A DNA stretch of 64,000 nt, taken from assembly GCA_963804165.1 (NCBI GenBank), contig CAWDPO010000045.1:96001-160000 (forward strand). Direction: 5' to 3'. Positions 42,408-53,169 of this stretch are shown piece after piece. The stretch's first letter is position 1; every line of letters begins with the position of its first letter. Position numbers and translations under genes: made by a program. This DNA is from an uncultured delta proteobacterium (GTDB lineage Bacteria > Desulfobacterota > Binatia > UBA9968). The notes below the pieces were generated by a model, which saw only the letters and a program-made list of their open reading frames with translations, made no database searches and was not told the origin of the DNA.

Positions 42408-42986
42408 TTAAGTCTGAATCCGAAAAATCGTACCATTTAGCGAAAGTCGTGCAAGCGTGCTTTGCCGCGGATTGGACTTCGGCAGCCGTCGCCATGTCAC
42501 TTCGACCGCTCCCGAGGTAAAGTGTGTGTCCGTCGCGCTGTTGCCATCAACTCGACAGTCCTTGCACTCCACGCGAATTTCAAAGGGATAGCCATACACT
42601 GGAAGGACTCGCGTCGGCGGATAAAGCATTTCGCGAAAGTGCCACGCGTAGAGATCGTTCGGCCGCGGCCCGTGCCCACATAAACAGCTATACAAGAAAT
42701 TCGGATAGTCGCCGAGCCGGCGGTCGATGACGGCTATATCCCAACCGTATCGGCGTGCCTGGGCGTCAACGGATGGGCGAATCTTCAGCCTCAAGTGCGG
42801 ACCTAAGGATTCGGATATCTCGGGTCGCGAATCGGTCACTGCGAACTGGATGGATGAATTTTGTTCCAGTGACGCCGCGCTCCCCGCCACGATTTCAAAC
42901 ATCAGCGAAAGCCCGGTCACGAAACCGGCGATTAATTTCAAGTTGGGCGATTCCTTGGTTATGCAGGCCACAATCACTTCCATCAT
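42408..42986 (-). CDS. Hypothetical protein
   Basis: 192-aa ORF with a hydrophobic N-region and HGPRPNDLYAWHF; no family recognised. Confidence 0.5.
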   Translation of the reverse strand: MMEVIVACITKESPNLKLIAGFVTGLSLMFEIVAGSAASLEQNSSIQFAVTDSRPEISESLGPHLRLKIRPSVDAQARRYGWDIAVIDRRLGDYPNFLYSCLCGHGPRPNDLYAWHFREMLYPPTRVLPVYGYPFEIRVECKDCRVDGNSATDTHFTSGAVEVTWRRLPKSNPRQSTLARLSLNGTIFRIQT

Positions 42987-43145
42987 CGCGGGACTGATTA
43001 TCGCGCTTCTCGTAGCACACGATCAATTTTCCGGTCAACGTTGAGTGGCTTTGACGCTTTAAACTATCGACTTGATTAGCGTTGACAGCCACGAAGCGCC
43101 CTTGTTATAGCCGTTTGAGACGCGGACGTGAAAGGAAATTAAATC

Positions 43146-44210
43146 ATGCAGATCATCGATGCCGACGGACACGTCAACGATCGGCCTTGCATGGACGAAA
43201 TCTCGAAGTATATGCCGCCGGGCAATCGCAGCCAAGTTTTCCCGGCATTCGACCATATCCACTTCCATTTTTTGGAGGGCGGCGAGAAGCGCTCGCGCAC
43301 CGGCACCGTCGGACCGAAGGAATGGGTAAATTTTCTCGAGGAAGTCGGCATCGACTGGACCGTCGTTTATCCAACGGCCGGACTGGCTGTCGGTAGAATC
43401 ATCGCTGAAGATTGGGCCATCGCCGCGTGTCGAGCGTACAATAATTGGCTATATGAAAAGTTCACCAGCGTCAGCCCGCGCATCAAAGGCATGGCGCTGA
43501 TCCCGATACAAGATGCCGATGCGGCAATAGAAGAGCTCAACCGAGCCGTCAAGCAACTCGGCATGGCCGGCGCCATGCTGCCGTCCAATGGCGAAGGCAT
43601 CAAAGGCCATTTCGGCGCAAAAATCTATTGGCCGATTTATGCAGAAGCGGAAAAACTTGATGCGCCACTGGCGGTTCACGTCGGCGCGCTGCATCACCTA
43701 GGCATGGACTCGATCGGCGTTTATTACCCGGTTCACGCACTCGGCCATCCGTTCGGCATCATGGCACAAGCAGCGGCGATGTTGTCTTACGGCGTGTTTG
43801 ATCGCTTTCCTAAACTACGCGTCGGTTTTCTCGAAGGCGGCGCCACGTGGGTACCGTTTTTTATGGACCGCCTCGACCGTTCTTATCCGCATCATTTACA
43901 GGTCGACATCAACGGCGATTTTCTTCCCAGCTCTAAACCGGACGTCATGGCGAGCGAATACTTCCGTCGCCACGTGAAAGCCGGCAGAATTTTCGTCGGC
44001 TTCGACTGCGATGACCGCGGTTTGGGATTTGCCATCCAGGAAACGGGTAACGAGCCGTTTCTTTTCGCCACCGATTTTCCGCACGAGAGCTTCGACGCCA
44101 AACATTGCCGCCAGGAGATCGACGAGTTGCTCGCGCGCGAAGACATCAACCAAGGCGACAAAAAAGCGATCTTGGCGACCAACGCGAAGAGATTTTACGG
44201 TATCAACTGA
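43146..44210 (+). CDS. Amidohydrolase_2 family protein
   Basis: IDADGH, LAVH, FLEGG, FATDFPH. Confidence 0.9.
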   Translation: MQIIDADGHVNDRPCMDEISKYMPPGNRSQVFPAFDHIHFHFLEGGEKRSRTGTVGPKEWVNFLEEVGIDWTVVYPTAGLAVGRIIAEDWAIAACRAYNNWLYEKFTSVSPRIKGMALIPIQDADAAIEELNRAVKQLGMAGAMLPSNGEGIKGHFGAKIYWPIYAEAEKLDAPLAVHVGALHHLGMDSIGVYYPVHALGHPFGIMAQAAAMLSYGVFDRFPKLRVGFLEGGATWVPFFMDRLDRSYPHHLQVDINGDFLPSSKPDVMASEYFRRHVKAGRIFVGFDCDDRGLGFAIQETGNEPFLFATDFPHESFDAKHCRQEIDELLAREDINQGDKKAILATNAKRFYGIN

Positions 44211-44286
44211 GTCGCCGCATTGCATGGCGTTGACCTTTACGTGCTAAACGGTTTGAACCATTTGAACGACTTGAACGTTTTGAACG

Positions 44287-45243
44287 ATGAAAGTACAGGA
44301 AATTAATATGGCTGAAAATTCCACGATGGCCCAAACTATGTCGCAATCCTCACCCGGCATGAAAGGCCCGCTCGTCTGGCTCGACATGGACCAGAAGGAG
44401 CTTGACGACGCCTACGATCAGAGCGTTTACGCACCCAACCAACAACTCATCGCTACCCGACGCCGGCTTGCCAGCGAAGCGATGCTGAAACGCGTCACGC
44501 CGGAGCGCGTTGCCTACGGATCCTCCGAGGATGAAAAACTCGACATCTACAAAACTGCGCGGCAAAACGCGCCCATGAACATCTTCATCCACGGCGGCGC
44601 GTGGCGCAACGGTCAAGCGCGAGACTCCGCTTATTTGGCCGAGATGTTTATCAGCGCCGGCGCCCACTTCGTCATACCCGACTTTGTTCAGGTCCATAAT
44701 GCCGGCGGCAATCTCATGCCGATGGCGCAGCAAGTTCGCAGCGCCGTAGCATGGGTCTACAACAACGTCGCTCGTTTCGGCGGCGATCCAAATCACATCT
44801 ACATTACGGGGCATTCTTCCGGGGCTCATCTCGCCGGATGCACTCTCGTCACCGATTGGCAGAAAGATTTCGGCTTGCCTGCGAACATAATCAGGGGCGG
44901 CCTCTTGGTCAGCGGCATGTACGATCTTAAACCGGTCAGGCTCTCCAAGCGCAGCGAGTATGTGAAATTTACGGACGAGATCGAGCAAGCGCTCAGCTCG
45001 CAGCGTCATTTGGATAGACTGAACGCGCCGATCATCGTCGCCTACGGGACCCAGGAAACTCCCGAGTTCCAGAGACAGAATCGTGACTTTGCCGCCGCCG
45101 TGAAAGCCGCGGGCAAACCGGTCGAGCTGATCGTCGGCGAAGGTTTCAATCACTTCGAGATGCAAGAAACCATAGGCAATCCCTATGGCATCGCCGGACG
45201 CGCGGCGTTGAAATTAATGAATCTGTCCACCAATCCACGTTAA
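44287..45243 (+). CDS. Alpha/beta hydrolase (arylformamidase-like)
   Basis: HGGAW, GHSSGAHL, SGMYDL, NHF. Confidence 0.85.
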   Translation: MKVQEINMAENSTMAQTMSQSSPGMKGPLVWLDMDQKELDDAYDQSVYAPNQQLIATRRRLASEAMLKRVTPERVAYGSSEDEKLDIYKTARQNAPMNIFIHGGAWRNGQARDSAYLAEMFISAGAHFVIPDFVQVHNAGGNLMPMAQQVRSAVAWVYNNVARFGGDPNHIYITGHSSGAHLAGCTLVTDWQKDFGLPANIIRGGLLVSGMYDLKPVRLSKRSEYVKFTDEIEQALSSQRHLDRLNAPIIVAYGTQETPEFQRQNRDFAAAVKAAGKPVELIVGEGFNHFEMQETIGNPYGIAGRAALKLMNLSTNPR

Positions 45244-45252
45244 GGAGTCACC

Positions 45253-45792
45253 ATGAGCCGAATTCCTCGCGCCACTCGCGAACAGCTATCAGCCGATGAT
45301 CAGAAGATTTGGGACCATATCCACGCCGCTCGCAGTGGCGGCGGCGGCCCCTATTCTATGTTACTGCACGTGCCGGCCCTCGCGAGCCACATGGCGGCGA
45401 CCGAGGATTACTTTCGCTTGCACTCGGCGCTGCCCGACGCCGACCGCGAGATCATTATTCTCACCGCGGCGCGAGAGTTAGGCGCGCACTACCCCTGGAC
45501 GCGTCACGAGATCCGCGCGCACAAGGCCGGCATCCGGCCCGAAGTGATCGAAGCGCTCCGCGCCAAAGCCCCATTGGATCAATTCAGCGGCCGGGAAAAG
45601 CTGCTCGTCGAGCTCGCCCGCACGCTATTGCGCGATCACGGCTTGTCCGACGAATTGTTCGCGCGCGCCGAAAAAGAACTCGGCCGCCAAAAACTCATCG
45701 AAGCGGTAGGACTGCTCGGCCACTACATCGCGATAGGAATGGTCGCAAATGTCTTCGCCGTGAAAGCACCTGAAGGAAGCAAGGCGTTTTAA
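45253..45792 (+). CDS. Carboxymuconolactone decarboxylase/AhpD-like protein (no CxxC)
   Basis: GPY..LLHVP, REIIILTAAR..YPWTRH. Confidence 0.8.
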   Translation: MSRIPRATREQLSADDQKIWDHIHAARSGGGGPYSMLLHVPALASHMAATEDYFRLHSALPDADREIIILTAARELGAHYPWTRHEIRAHKAGIRPEVIEALRAKAPLDQFSGREKLLVELARTLLRDHGLSDELFARAEKELGRQKLIEAVGLLGHYIAIGMVANVFAVKAPEGSKAF

Positions 45793-45854
45793 CTCAATTC
45801 GAGATTTCCATTTCTCGCACAAGAGGCTGTGGCACAAATTGCAAAATCATCTTG

Positions 45855-45946
45855 TGTCATGCTGAGCACAGCGAAGCATCTCGCAGTTCAGGCGGGATCT
45901 TTCGGCAGAGTTTATCCTGATAACATCGCAGGGTCTTAGGATGACA
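45855..45946. repeat. Palindromic MITE/REP-like element
   Basis: TGTCATGCTGAG...TTAGGATGACA terminal inverted ends between convergent genes. Confidence 0.6.
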
Positions 45947-46013
45947 GTGAAACACGACCTTCGAGGGTAGTGGAAATTATCGCTCTATCCTCCGTTGGTC
46001 GGAATAGGTCGCG

Positions 46014-47009
46014 CTACTTTGCCGGATACCGCTTCGCCATTTCAACGAAGAAACTTTCCTTCTCCAATTCATTTATCAGGCTCGCATCGAAGAATTGCTC
46101 TGGCTTGGCGGTCTTTGCCTGCGGCATCTGCGGCGCGAGCATGTCGAGGATGAACTGAATCCCTTTCGGCGTGAAAGCCGGCTTGCGCGGAATCGTCTTC
46201 AGGTAGTTTTGATAAGAGGTCTCCAGCACCTCGGGGTCGTTGGTGCGCATGTATTTGGCGAACACTTTTTGCGACTCGGCTTTGTTGGCGTGAATGAAGT
46301 GAATCGCTTCCAGATATCCTTTCATCGCATTCTTCACCGTATCGCGATTGCTCTTCAGGTAAGGCCGCGACGTCGCAAGCCCATTGCCTTGCACTTCAAC
46401 TCCGAGGTCGGCGATTTGCAGCAGGTCGACAAAGCCCATTTTCCGGGCGATCGGCGCCGTCGATAAGTTAAAAAATGACGCGTCGATCTTGCCGGCGCTT
46501 ATGGCGCCCAACCGTTCCGCGTCCGGTCCCGCGGCGATCAGCGCCACGTCTTTGTTGGCCTCCAGGTTGAGATGCTTGAGCAGAATTTGCGCGGCGTAGT
46601 GGGTGATCGAGCCGAAGCCGCTGATGCCCAGTTTTTTGCCTTTCAGCTGCTCCAAGCTCGTGATGCCGGGCCGCACGAACACGAGCTGGTAGAAATTGTT
46701 CTCCATGCTGATGATGAGCACCAAATTATAACCGGTGAGGTTGGCTTGAATCACCGTGCCGACGTTCACGATCGGCGGTTCGCCGGCGGCCAGTGCCTGT
46801 GTTGCTACTTGACCGCCGCGCAAGAAAACCGGATCGACGTCGAGGCCGTACTTGCGAAACAATCCCTGCTCTTTGGCAACCCAAACGTGGCTCTGCGTGA
46901 ATGCCAACGACGGATAGCCCATCGTGATATTCTTGAGCGCTTGCGCTTCGACTGAAACAACGTAAGCGAGCAAGATCAAAAGCGCAGTCGTGAGCGCGGA
47001 CCTAATCAT
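46014..47009 (-). CDS. NMT1/THI5-like ABC substrate-binding protein
   Basis: Signal peptide, GLFRKYGL, LKGKKLGIS. Confidence 0.85.
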   Translation of the reverse strand: MIRSALTTALLILLAYVVSVEAQALKNITMGYPSLAFTQSHVWVAKEQGLFRKYGLDVDPVFLRGGQVATQALAAGEPPIVNVGTVIQANLTGYNLVLIISMENNFYQLVFVRPGITSLEQLKGKKLGISGFGSITHYAAQILLKHLNLEANKDVALIAAGPDAERLGAISAGKIDASFFNLSTAPIARKMGFVDLLQIADLGVEVQGNGLATSRPYLKSNRDTVKNAMKGYLEAIHFIHANKAESQKVFAKYMRTNDPEVLETSYQNYLKTIPRKPAFTPKGIQFILDMLAPQMPQAKTAKPEQFFDASLINELEKESFFVEMAKRYPAK

Positions 47010-47029
47010 CGGACCTTTGTTGAATCCGC

Positions 47030-48220
47030 TCAAGCAATTGCGACCATGCCGTGGCCGCGCTTGAAGATCATTTCGCAGCCGCCCTCGCCGACGATCACCG
47101 GTCCACCAAAACTGAATTGAATCTTCGTGTCGGCCGATGTCACGAGCGGCTTCCAAACAAGCACGTTGCCCTTTTCAATCGGTAAATCGCGCACACGGTC
47201 ACTGCCATTTTTAGCAGTGAATAGCGGACCGTCATCGCCGTAGCCGCAGCCTTGCAGCTGCATGACTGTCTTCATGCCGTGCTTCGCCCCGAAGTCATTT
47301 ACGAAATCGCGCAGCGCGCCGAACGTCGTGCCAGGCTTGATCATCGCCGAGCCCGCTTGGTAAATTTCTTTGTGTAACTCGATCGCCGGCTTCCATTCGG
47401 CGGGAATTTTACCGAGCAATACCGGTTGGCACAGTTGCGTCCATTGCGCGCCGCGAATCGCGTTGACTTCATTGGTGATCAGCGCGTTCGGCTCCAGCCG
47501 CCGGCCGAGAGGTGGATTGGTATAGCGTTTTGCCTTTTCTGTGCCGATGGCATCGATGGATATCGTCAACGGAAAATATTCGCTGCGTAATTCGAGCAGG
47601 CGCGCCAGCACGTCGGTGTAGAGCGCCCCGGCGTCCACACCGGGACGCGCAAGCTTGATCAACTCATCGAGTCCGGCTGCGGCAACTTGCGCCGATTCAC
47701 GCACAAAGGCGATTTCTTCTTCGCTTTTGACGTAGCGTGCGAAGCCGACAACATCCGTCGCGTCTTCGAATTTTGCATTCGGTGCTTTGCTCATCACGTG
47801 CGCAAGAGCGATATGATTCACCACACCGTCGATGGAGCTGCAGTGCGTTACCGAGCCGCCTTTCAAACCGACGACCCCGACGCGCGCCCGCTCCATGCCG
47901 AGATCGAGCAGCGCTTCGCCCATCGGCTCAGCCCACTCGCGGCCGGTCTGCCAAGGCTCGGGGACCCACGCGTTGCTCGAACGCCGATCCGCGATCACGA
48001 TCGGCGCGCGGCCGTCCGTGGGTAAGACCATCGCCGAGCAGCGCAACTGCGTCATATATCGCCCGTCGATGCCGTCACCCAGCGGTATCAATACGCCGTC
48101 AAACCCGGCCTTGGCGCCGTTTTCGCGGACCGCTTTCCAGCGCCGGTCCCGCTCAGCCAACGAATAACCGTTCCAGATGTGAACTGTTGCGCCGGCTCCC
48201 GGCGGCGTCGTCCAAGGCAT
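47030..48220 (-). CDS. M24/creatinase-fold protein (degenerate metal site)
   Basis: ERDRRW, RYVKSEEEI, QGCGYGDDGP, VWKP. Confidence 0.75.
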   Translation of the reverse strand: MPWTTPPGAGATVHIWNGYSLAERDRRWKAVRENGAKAGFDGVLIPLGDGIDGRYMTQLRCSAMVLPTDGRAPIVIADRRSSNAWVPEPWQTGREWAEPMGEALLDLGMERARVGVVGLKGGSVTHCSSIDGVVNHIALAHVMSKAPNAKFEDATDVVGFARYVKSEEEIAFVRESAQVAAAGLDELIKLARPGVDAGALYTDVLARLLELRSEYFPLTISIDAIGTEKAKRYTNPPLGRRLEPNALITNEVNAIRGAQWTQLCQPVLLGKIPAEWKPAIELHKEIYQAGSAMIKPGTTFGALRDFVNDFGAKHGMKTVMQLQGCGYGDDGPLFTAKNGSDRVRDLPIEKGNVLVWKPLVTSADTKIQFSFGGPVIVGEGGCEMIFKRGHGMVAIA

Positions 48221-48305
48221 GAAAGCTCTCCTTCGGATCGCTGTTCACCAGGTTCCGAGTTCCGCGTTAAGCCCGAAACCCAACACCCAAAACCTAAAAC
48301 CCTTT

Positions 48306-49526
48306 CTAACTGATCGACACCATTCCGGGCGTGCGCTTGACCAGCGGCTCGCCGCCATTGTCGGTAACGACCACACAGCCGCCCCAACTGGTATCGAAAC
48401 TCCCGTCCGCGCTGTGGGCGATCGGCTTGACGATGAACACGCAATCTTTTTCGATCAGCACGTCGCGGTTGCGCCCACCGCGGTTTTGCGGCGTGAACAG
48501 CGGGCCGTCATCGCCGTAACCGCGCCCATGCATGAGCAGCTGGCTCTTCATGCCGCGCCTTTCGCCGTAGCCGTTGATTAAATCCATGAAATCGGCGAAC
48601 GGCCGTCCCGGCGTTAAATGCTCTAAAGCGGCGTAGTACATTTCGCGCTGAAGTTCGATCGCCGGCTTCCATGCGTCGGGAATACGCCCTAAAAAAATCG
48701 GTTGTTGTTCCTGGGCGATCAAACCGCCGAACACGGCATCGACTTCGTTGGCGATGCGATAATTCGCTTGCAGCGTTCTGCCTTCGGTCGGATCTTCGAA
48801 TCGCGGCAGTCGGCCACCGCCGTGCAGTCCGCTGTAAAAAGCCATTGGATAATACTCACTGCCCAGTCCGACCATGCGCTGCATGACGCGGGCATAGAGC
48901 AAACCCTCGTCCATGCCCGGTTTGGCCAGCTCGATCATCTTGTCGATGCCGGCGGCGGCGATCGCCGCGCCGCGCCTGAGGCAGGCGATCTGCTCGGCGC
49001 TTTTGATATAGCGCGCGTGACCGATCACTTCCGTTGCGTTTTCAAATCGCGCGTTCGGCAAACGCCGCAACACTTCGACATAGGAGCCATGATTGACGAC
49101 GCCGTGAAACGCCCGGCCATGGGTGTAAAAGCCGCGGCGAATACCGGAGACACCGATGCGCGCTCGCTCCATCCCGGCATCGATCAAAGCCTGCGCCATG
49201 CTCCCGCCCCAGGATTTTCCCACCGGACGAAACTCAGGTACCCAGGCGTTGCCGGACTCTTGATCCGAAATGACGATGGGCTCTCGTCCGTCGCTCGGCA
49301 GGATAACCGCGGCGTTATCGAGGCAAGTGAGAAAGCGGCAATCCGAGCGCGTGCCGCGCGCCTGTTCGAGCGACAGATGCAAGTTTCGTCCATCGACGCA
49401 GAGCGGCACGAGAATAGAGTCGAATCCCGCCTGCGCCGCATTCGCACGCACGCGCTGCCAGCGCCAGTCGCGTTCCGCCAGCGAGTAACCCTCCCATTGA
49501 ATTTCCGCCGGTGCTTCCATCGTCAT
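48306..49526 (-). CDS. M24/creatinase-fold protein, paralog
   Basis: ERDWRW, RYIKSAEQI, HGRGYGDDGP, IVKP. Confidence 0.75.
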   Translation of the reverse strand: MTMEAPAEIQWEGYSLAERDWRWQRVRANAAQAGFDSILVPLCVDGRNLHLSLEQARGTRSDCRFLTCLDNAAVILPSDGREPIVISDQESGNAWVPEFRPVGKSWGGSMAQALIDAGMERARIGVSGIRRGFYTHGRAFHGVVNHGSYVEVLRRLPNARFENATEVIGHARYIKSAEQIACLRRGAAIAAAGIDKMIELAKPGMDEGLLYARVMQRMVGLGSEYYPMAFYSGLHGGGRLPRFEDPTEGRTLQANYRIANEVDAVFGGLIAQEQQPIFLGRIPDAWKPAIELQREMYYAALEHLTPGRPFADFMDLINGYGERRGMKSQLLMHGRGYGDDGPLFTPQNRGGRNRDVLIEKDCVFIVKPIAHSADGSFDTSWGGCVVVTDNGGEPLVKRTPGMVSIS

Positions 49527-49748
49527 TCTCCTGGCAACTGCCTCGTCGGGACCAGTCTGCAATTTTCCATCCGGTGTCGCGGGGAGCGTAGACCATTGCT
49601 CCGCAAACGGCGTCGAGCGATCTAGCGATCTTTACCGCGAAATAGATTTCGTCCCGAGTTTCGTCTTGCTCCCGAGAGAGGCCGCCTAGATCGCAAACTG
49701 CGAGGGCTTGGCATCCGAGACCCGCGACTCAGCGCTAAGCACGAACTC

Positions 49749-50213
49749 TTACTCCGCCTCGCCGAGCATTGTTCCACGACAGCGCCGCGCGCGGCAGAAG
49801 CAAGCGTGTTCGCGCTTGGCGGCTTTCGTGTGCCTTTCGCCGATCTGCAAGTTGTAGTCGTAAGTGAGTTCGTCTCCGGCGTGGATTTCGCGGCCCGCTT
49901 CGATGAAAACCCGCTGACCTTCCTCCTCGATTTCGCAATTCGGCGCGCAGGAGTGATTGATCCAGCGCGCCGAATTGCCCCGGTGGGTCGCGTCGATCAC
50001 TAAACCGCCGTCCAAAGAGAAAAGCATCGTATGCGGCGAATTCGCGTGCATGCGGCTATAGCGCCGATCCGCCTCCTTCTCCGTAATAAGTTTGCCTTTG
50101 TATTCGACGATGCGTGTGCCTTTCGGCATGCGCCTCAAAGCAAACACACCGCGCCCGTGGATCGGCGAATTGCGGACCACGATGCGGCGGTGTTTCTTTC
50201 CTGTTTTTGGCAT
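49749..50213 (-). CDS. SET-domain protein-lysine methyltransferase
   Basis: IHGRGVFA, ARWINHSCAPN, ELTYDY, post-SET CFC..RCRG. Confidence 0.9.
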   Translation of the reverse strand: MPKTGKKHRRIVVRNSPIHGRGVFALRRMPKGTRIVEYKGKLITEKEADRRYSRMHANSPHTMLFSLDGGLVIDATHRGNSARWINHSCAPNCEIEEEGQRVFIEAGREIHAGDELTYDYNLQIGERHTKAAKREHACFCRARRCRGTMLGEAE

Positions 50214-50248
50214 GACTACTCCTAAGGCAATTGGCTGACGACCATAAT

Positions 50249-51682
50249 TCACTCGTCGCCGTCCATGCGCTTAACGAATTTGCGTATTCGCTGCGCCGGC
50301 GCCGGGTCTTGATACTGGCTATAGAGGCGTTGGCGCATGCGGTCGACTTCGCCGCTCTGCAAGCGCTCATACAGTTGGCTGCGCTTGCCGAACGAGCTTA
50401 TCACCATGTCCGCGGCGACGGCCATCAAGCGCAAGTGTTCCCTGGTGTTGGGCGCCCCACCGCGGAAATAACGTTCGACCAGCGGGCCGACGTCGCCGTT
50501 GACGAGATCTGAGGCTCCCCCGCTCAACATCAAGGTACTGGTTAACAAGCCCTCCATGGTACGCTCGGCACGGTCCGACGCTTCGATACTATGGACGCGG
50601 TAGGCGGCGCTCAAGCGCGGCGCCCAGGTGCCACCCGGGCTGAAGTAGCCATTTGTCTCAGCGACTTGAATGCACGACCGCAGGATCTCGATGTCTTGCA
50701 TCAAGCTCGACAGCAGGATCTGCGACGCCACGCTTTTGTTGCGACCTGCGTACTCGGTCAACACCTGAGCGACGCCGAGAAATCCTTCGAGCTTGGTAAT
50801 CAGCCGCACCATCGTCGAGTACTGCGCCCAAGTGTGAATGTAGTTGATGCCGGCGAGCAGCTGGGGATTTCTGTAAACGAACACTCGCTCCCAAGGCACC
50901 AGGACATCGTCGAAGATCAGCGCCGCGTCAACTTCGTCGAAGCGCGTGGTTAGCGGGTGCCGCTCGGGGTCGGCGTGCTCGGCGTAAAGATCCCGGCAAA
51001 TGATTTTCAATCCCCGTGTATTCATCGGAATCGCGAAGGCGATCGCGTAGTCGGCCTCATCGGGATCACGCGGACGGTTGGGATAGACCAGAACTTCATC
51101 GGAGATCGGAGCCAAGGTCGCCAGCGTGCGCAAGCCGCGCACCACCGGGCCCTGCTTAGTTTCGCCGACGATGTGCAGGATCAAGTCCGGATCTTCCTGC
51201 TCGCTCACCCGTTTCGATCGATCGTAATATTGATCGGTAAGTGCATGCGTCAAACAAAGATCTTGGCGACGGCAGTGAAGATAATAGTTCCTGGCGTTCT
51301 CCGCCCATCGCTTGTCATGTTTTTCGATGACATGCGCCCAGTCAAACAGCCCGACGACCAGTTGGGCGCAGAAGTCCGGATACCGCCCCATCTGGCCTAA
51401 AGTCGCTTGCGCCCAGAACTCGATGTTGCGGCGTTTTTGGGCGAGATCCGTTGCAGATTTCGGTGCAAGATAACTGTAAGACGTGCATTCGCCGTCGTTT
51501 TCCACCGTCATGATGCCGCGGAACTCAGGTGAATGCTGTTTGTCGTAAAGTTCAGCGAGCGTTTTTATCGTTCCGGTGAAACCTGCATGCGTCGTCACGT
51601 CGTCGATGCGGCGGCCCGCATGCCAGACCTCTCGACCGTCGCGCAGAGCCTTGACATAATCAGCACCGCGCCTAACGGGCAT
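50249..51682 (-). CDS. 4-hydroxyphenylacetate 3-hydroxylase (HpaB-like) flavin monooxygenase
   Basis: LRDGREVW, MGRYPD, ATLAP, RFDEVDA.LIFDDVLVPWERVF. Confidence 0.85.
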   Translation of the reverse strand: MPVRRGADYVKALRDGREVWHAGRRIDDVTTHAGFTGTIKTLAELYDKQHSPEFRGIMTVENDGECTSYSYLAPKSATDLAQKRRNIEFWAQATLGQMGRYPDFCAQLVVGLFDWAHVIEKHDKRWAENARNYYLHCRRQDLCLTHALTDQYYDRSKRVSEQEDPDLILHIVGETKQGPVVRGLRTLATLAPISDEVLVYPNRPRDPDEADYAIAFAIPMNTRGLKIICRDLYAEHADPERHPLTTRFDEVDAALIFDDVLVPWERVFVYRNPQLLAGINYIHTWAQYSTMVRLITKLEGFLGVAQVLTEYAGRNKSVASQILLSSLMQDIEILRSCIQVAETNGYFSPGGTWAPRLSAAYRVHSIEASDRAERTMEGLLTSTLMLSGGASDLVNGDVGPLVERYFRGGAPNTREHLRLMAVAADMVISSFGKRSQLYERLQSGEVDRMRQRLYSQYQDPAPAQRIRKFVKRMDGDE

Positions 51683-51804
51683 GAGACCGAAACTCCAGCC
51701 TCTCTGTTGCAGCGTGCGTAAGCATAAAAGTTTATAGCGTCAATCGAGCGGCGCAGGCAACAACGGAACCCCATTCCGGTCGCAATCAGCTCATGGAAAA
51801 CTGA

Positions 51805-53157
51805 TCATCCCCGGAGAATCGCGCACAGCGGCCGGATATCCTCGACCGCGTCCAACGTTTCGATGTAATCCAGGGCCCGCGCTGCAGCGCCCGCATCGAT
51901 CGCCTGGCGCGCGCACTCGGTAAATTTGCCGCGCAGTTCTTCTTGGCTCATCGGAAATTCCGGCCCACCCTTGGCATGCTGCGCTTCGCGACTGAGAATC
52001 TGGCCATTCTTCAACCGGATCGCCACCCGGCAAGGCCTGCCCGCAGCGTCGGTCTTTTTAAGATTGTTATCTTCTCTCATCTGTACTCTTGCCGCGAGTT
52101 TGAGAACATTTTGATCCCGCACCGCGTTATCGGTGAAGATATCCAATCCGACTTTGCCGTCGATGATCGCCCGCGCCACCAGGTAAGGCATGCAGAATTT
52201 TCCCTGGATGCCGGTTTGGGGAACGCGGAAGACGATCCTCTCGAAGGTGTGCTTGACCACATCGACGTCAACGGCTTCGATCATCTCGGCGGTCAAACCG
52301 TGCTGGGTTCTGAATTCGAGCACCGCATCGATCACTTGATGAGTGAGGCCACCGCAGGGATAAGGTTTGATGCGTAAGCCGTCGGTCACCAGCGCAAAAG
52401 ACTGACCGAGCTCTTTGATCGGCTGCTCGCGAATCGATGTGCCGTCATGGAACACTTTGTAAAAGCCGAAGCCGGATTCGATCGCTTTGGCGTTTGCCGT
52501 ATAACCGCCGTGCGCGAGTTTGGCCGCGAGAACGCCATTGCGCGCGCCGAGGCCGACATGCAACGGCTTGGTCATCGTGCCGAAATTCGCCACGATGCCG
52601 CTCGCCATCGACGCCGCGAGGCCGAGCGCCATCTCCATTTGCGAAGAGTTGAGGCCGAGTAATTTTGCGCATGCCGCGACCGCGCCGAAAGAACCCAACG
52701 TGCTCGGCGCGTGCCAGCCATCGTGCGCGCTGTCCTGCAGTGAGTGGGCCAACTTTCCGGTCACCTCGTAACCGGCGACGTAGGCTTCGATCAGTTGCCG
52801 GCCGCTGGCGCGGACAGACTCGCCCAGCGCGAAGATCGCGGGAATGATCGGCGCGGTGGGCTGGCCCATCAACGTGAAGCTGTGGTCGAAATCGAGCGCA
52901 TGCGCCGCTGTGCCGTTGGCGAGGGCGGCATTTAGTGCCGAAGTCTTGAATCCTTGTCCGATGACACTCGCGTCTTCCCGGGCATTTTCCTGACGCGCGA
53001 CCTCAGCGCAGATCTTTGCGTCCTCTTCTCTGCTGCCGGCGAGCGCGACGCCAAGACAATCGCGCACGGCGATTTTTGCCGTCTCCACGGCTTTGGGCGG
53101 TATACCTTCGTAGTCAAGATCGTTCACGAACTTGGCCAGGCTTGCAGTGACGTCCAT
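51805..53157 (-). CDS. MmgE/PrpD family protein
   Basis: NGTAAHALDFD, GWH, TMTKPLH, KPYPC, KFCMPY. Confidence 0.9.
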   Translation of the reverse strand: MDVTASLAKFVNDLDYEGIPPKAVETAKIAVRDCLGVALAGSREEDAKICAEVARQENAREDASVIGQGFKTSALNAALANGTAAHALDFDHSFTLMGQPTAPIIPAIFALGESVRASGRQLIEAYVAGYEVTGKLAHSLQDSAHDGWHAPSTLGSFGAVAACAKLLGLNSSQMEMALGLAASMASGIVANFGTMTKPLHVGLGARNGVLAAKLAHGGYTANAKAIESGFGFYKVFHDGTSIREQPIKELGQSFALVTDGLRIKPYPCGGLTHQVIDAVLEFRTQHGLTAEMIEAVDVDVVKHTFERIVFRVPQTGIQGKFCMPYLVARAIIDGKVGLDIFTDNAVRDQNVLKLAARVQMREDNNLKKTDAAGRPCRVAIRLKNGQILSREAQHAKGGPEFPMSQEELRGKFTECARQAIDAGAAARALDYIETLDAVEDIRPLCAILRG

Positions 53158-53169
53158 GTTTTCCTCCAG

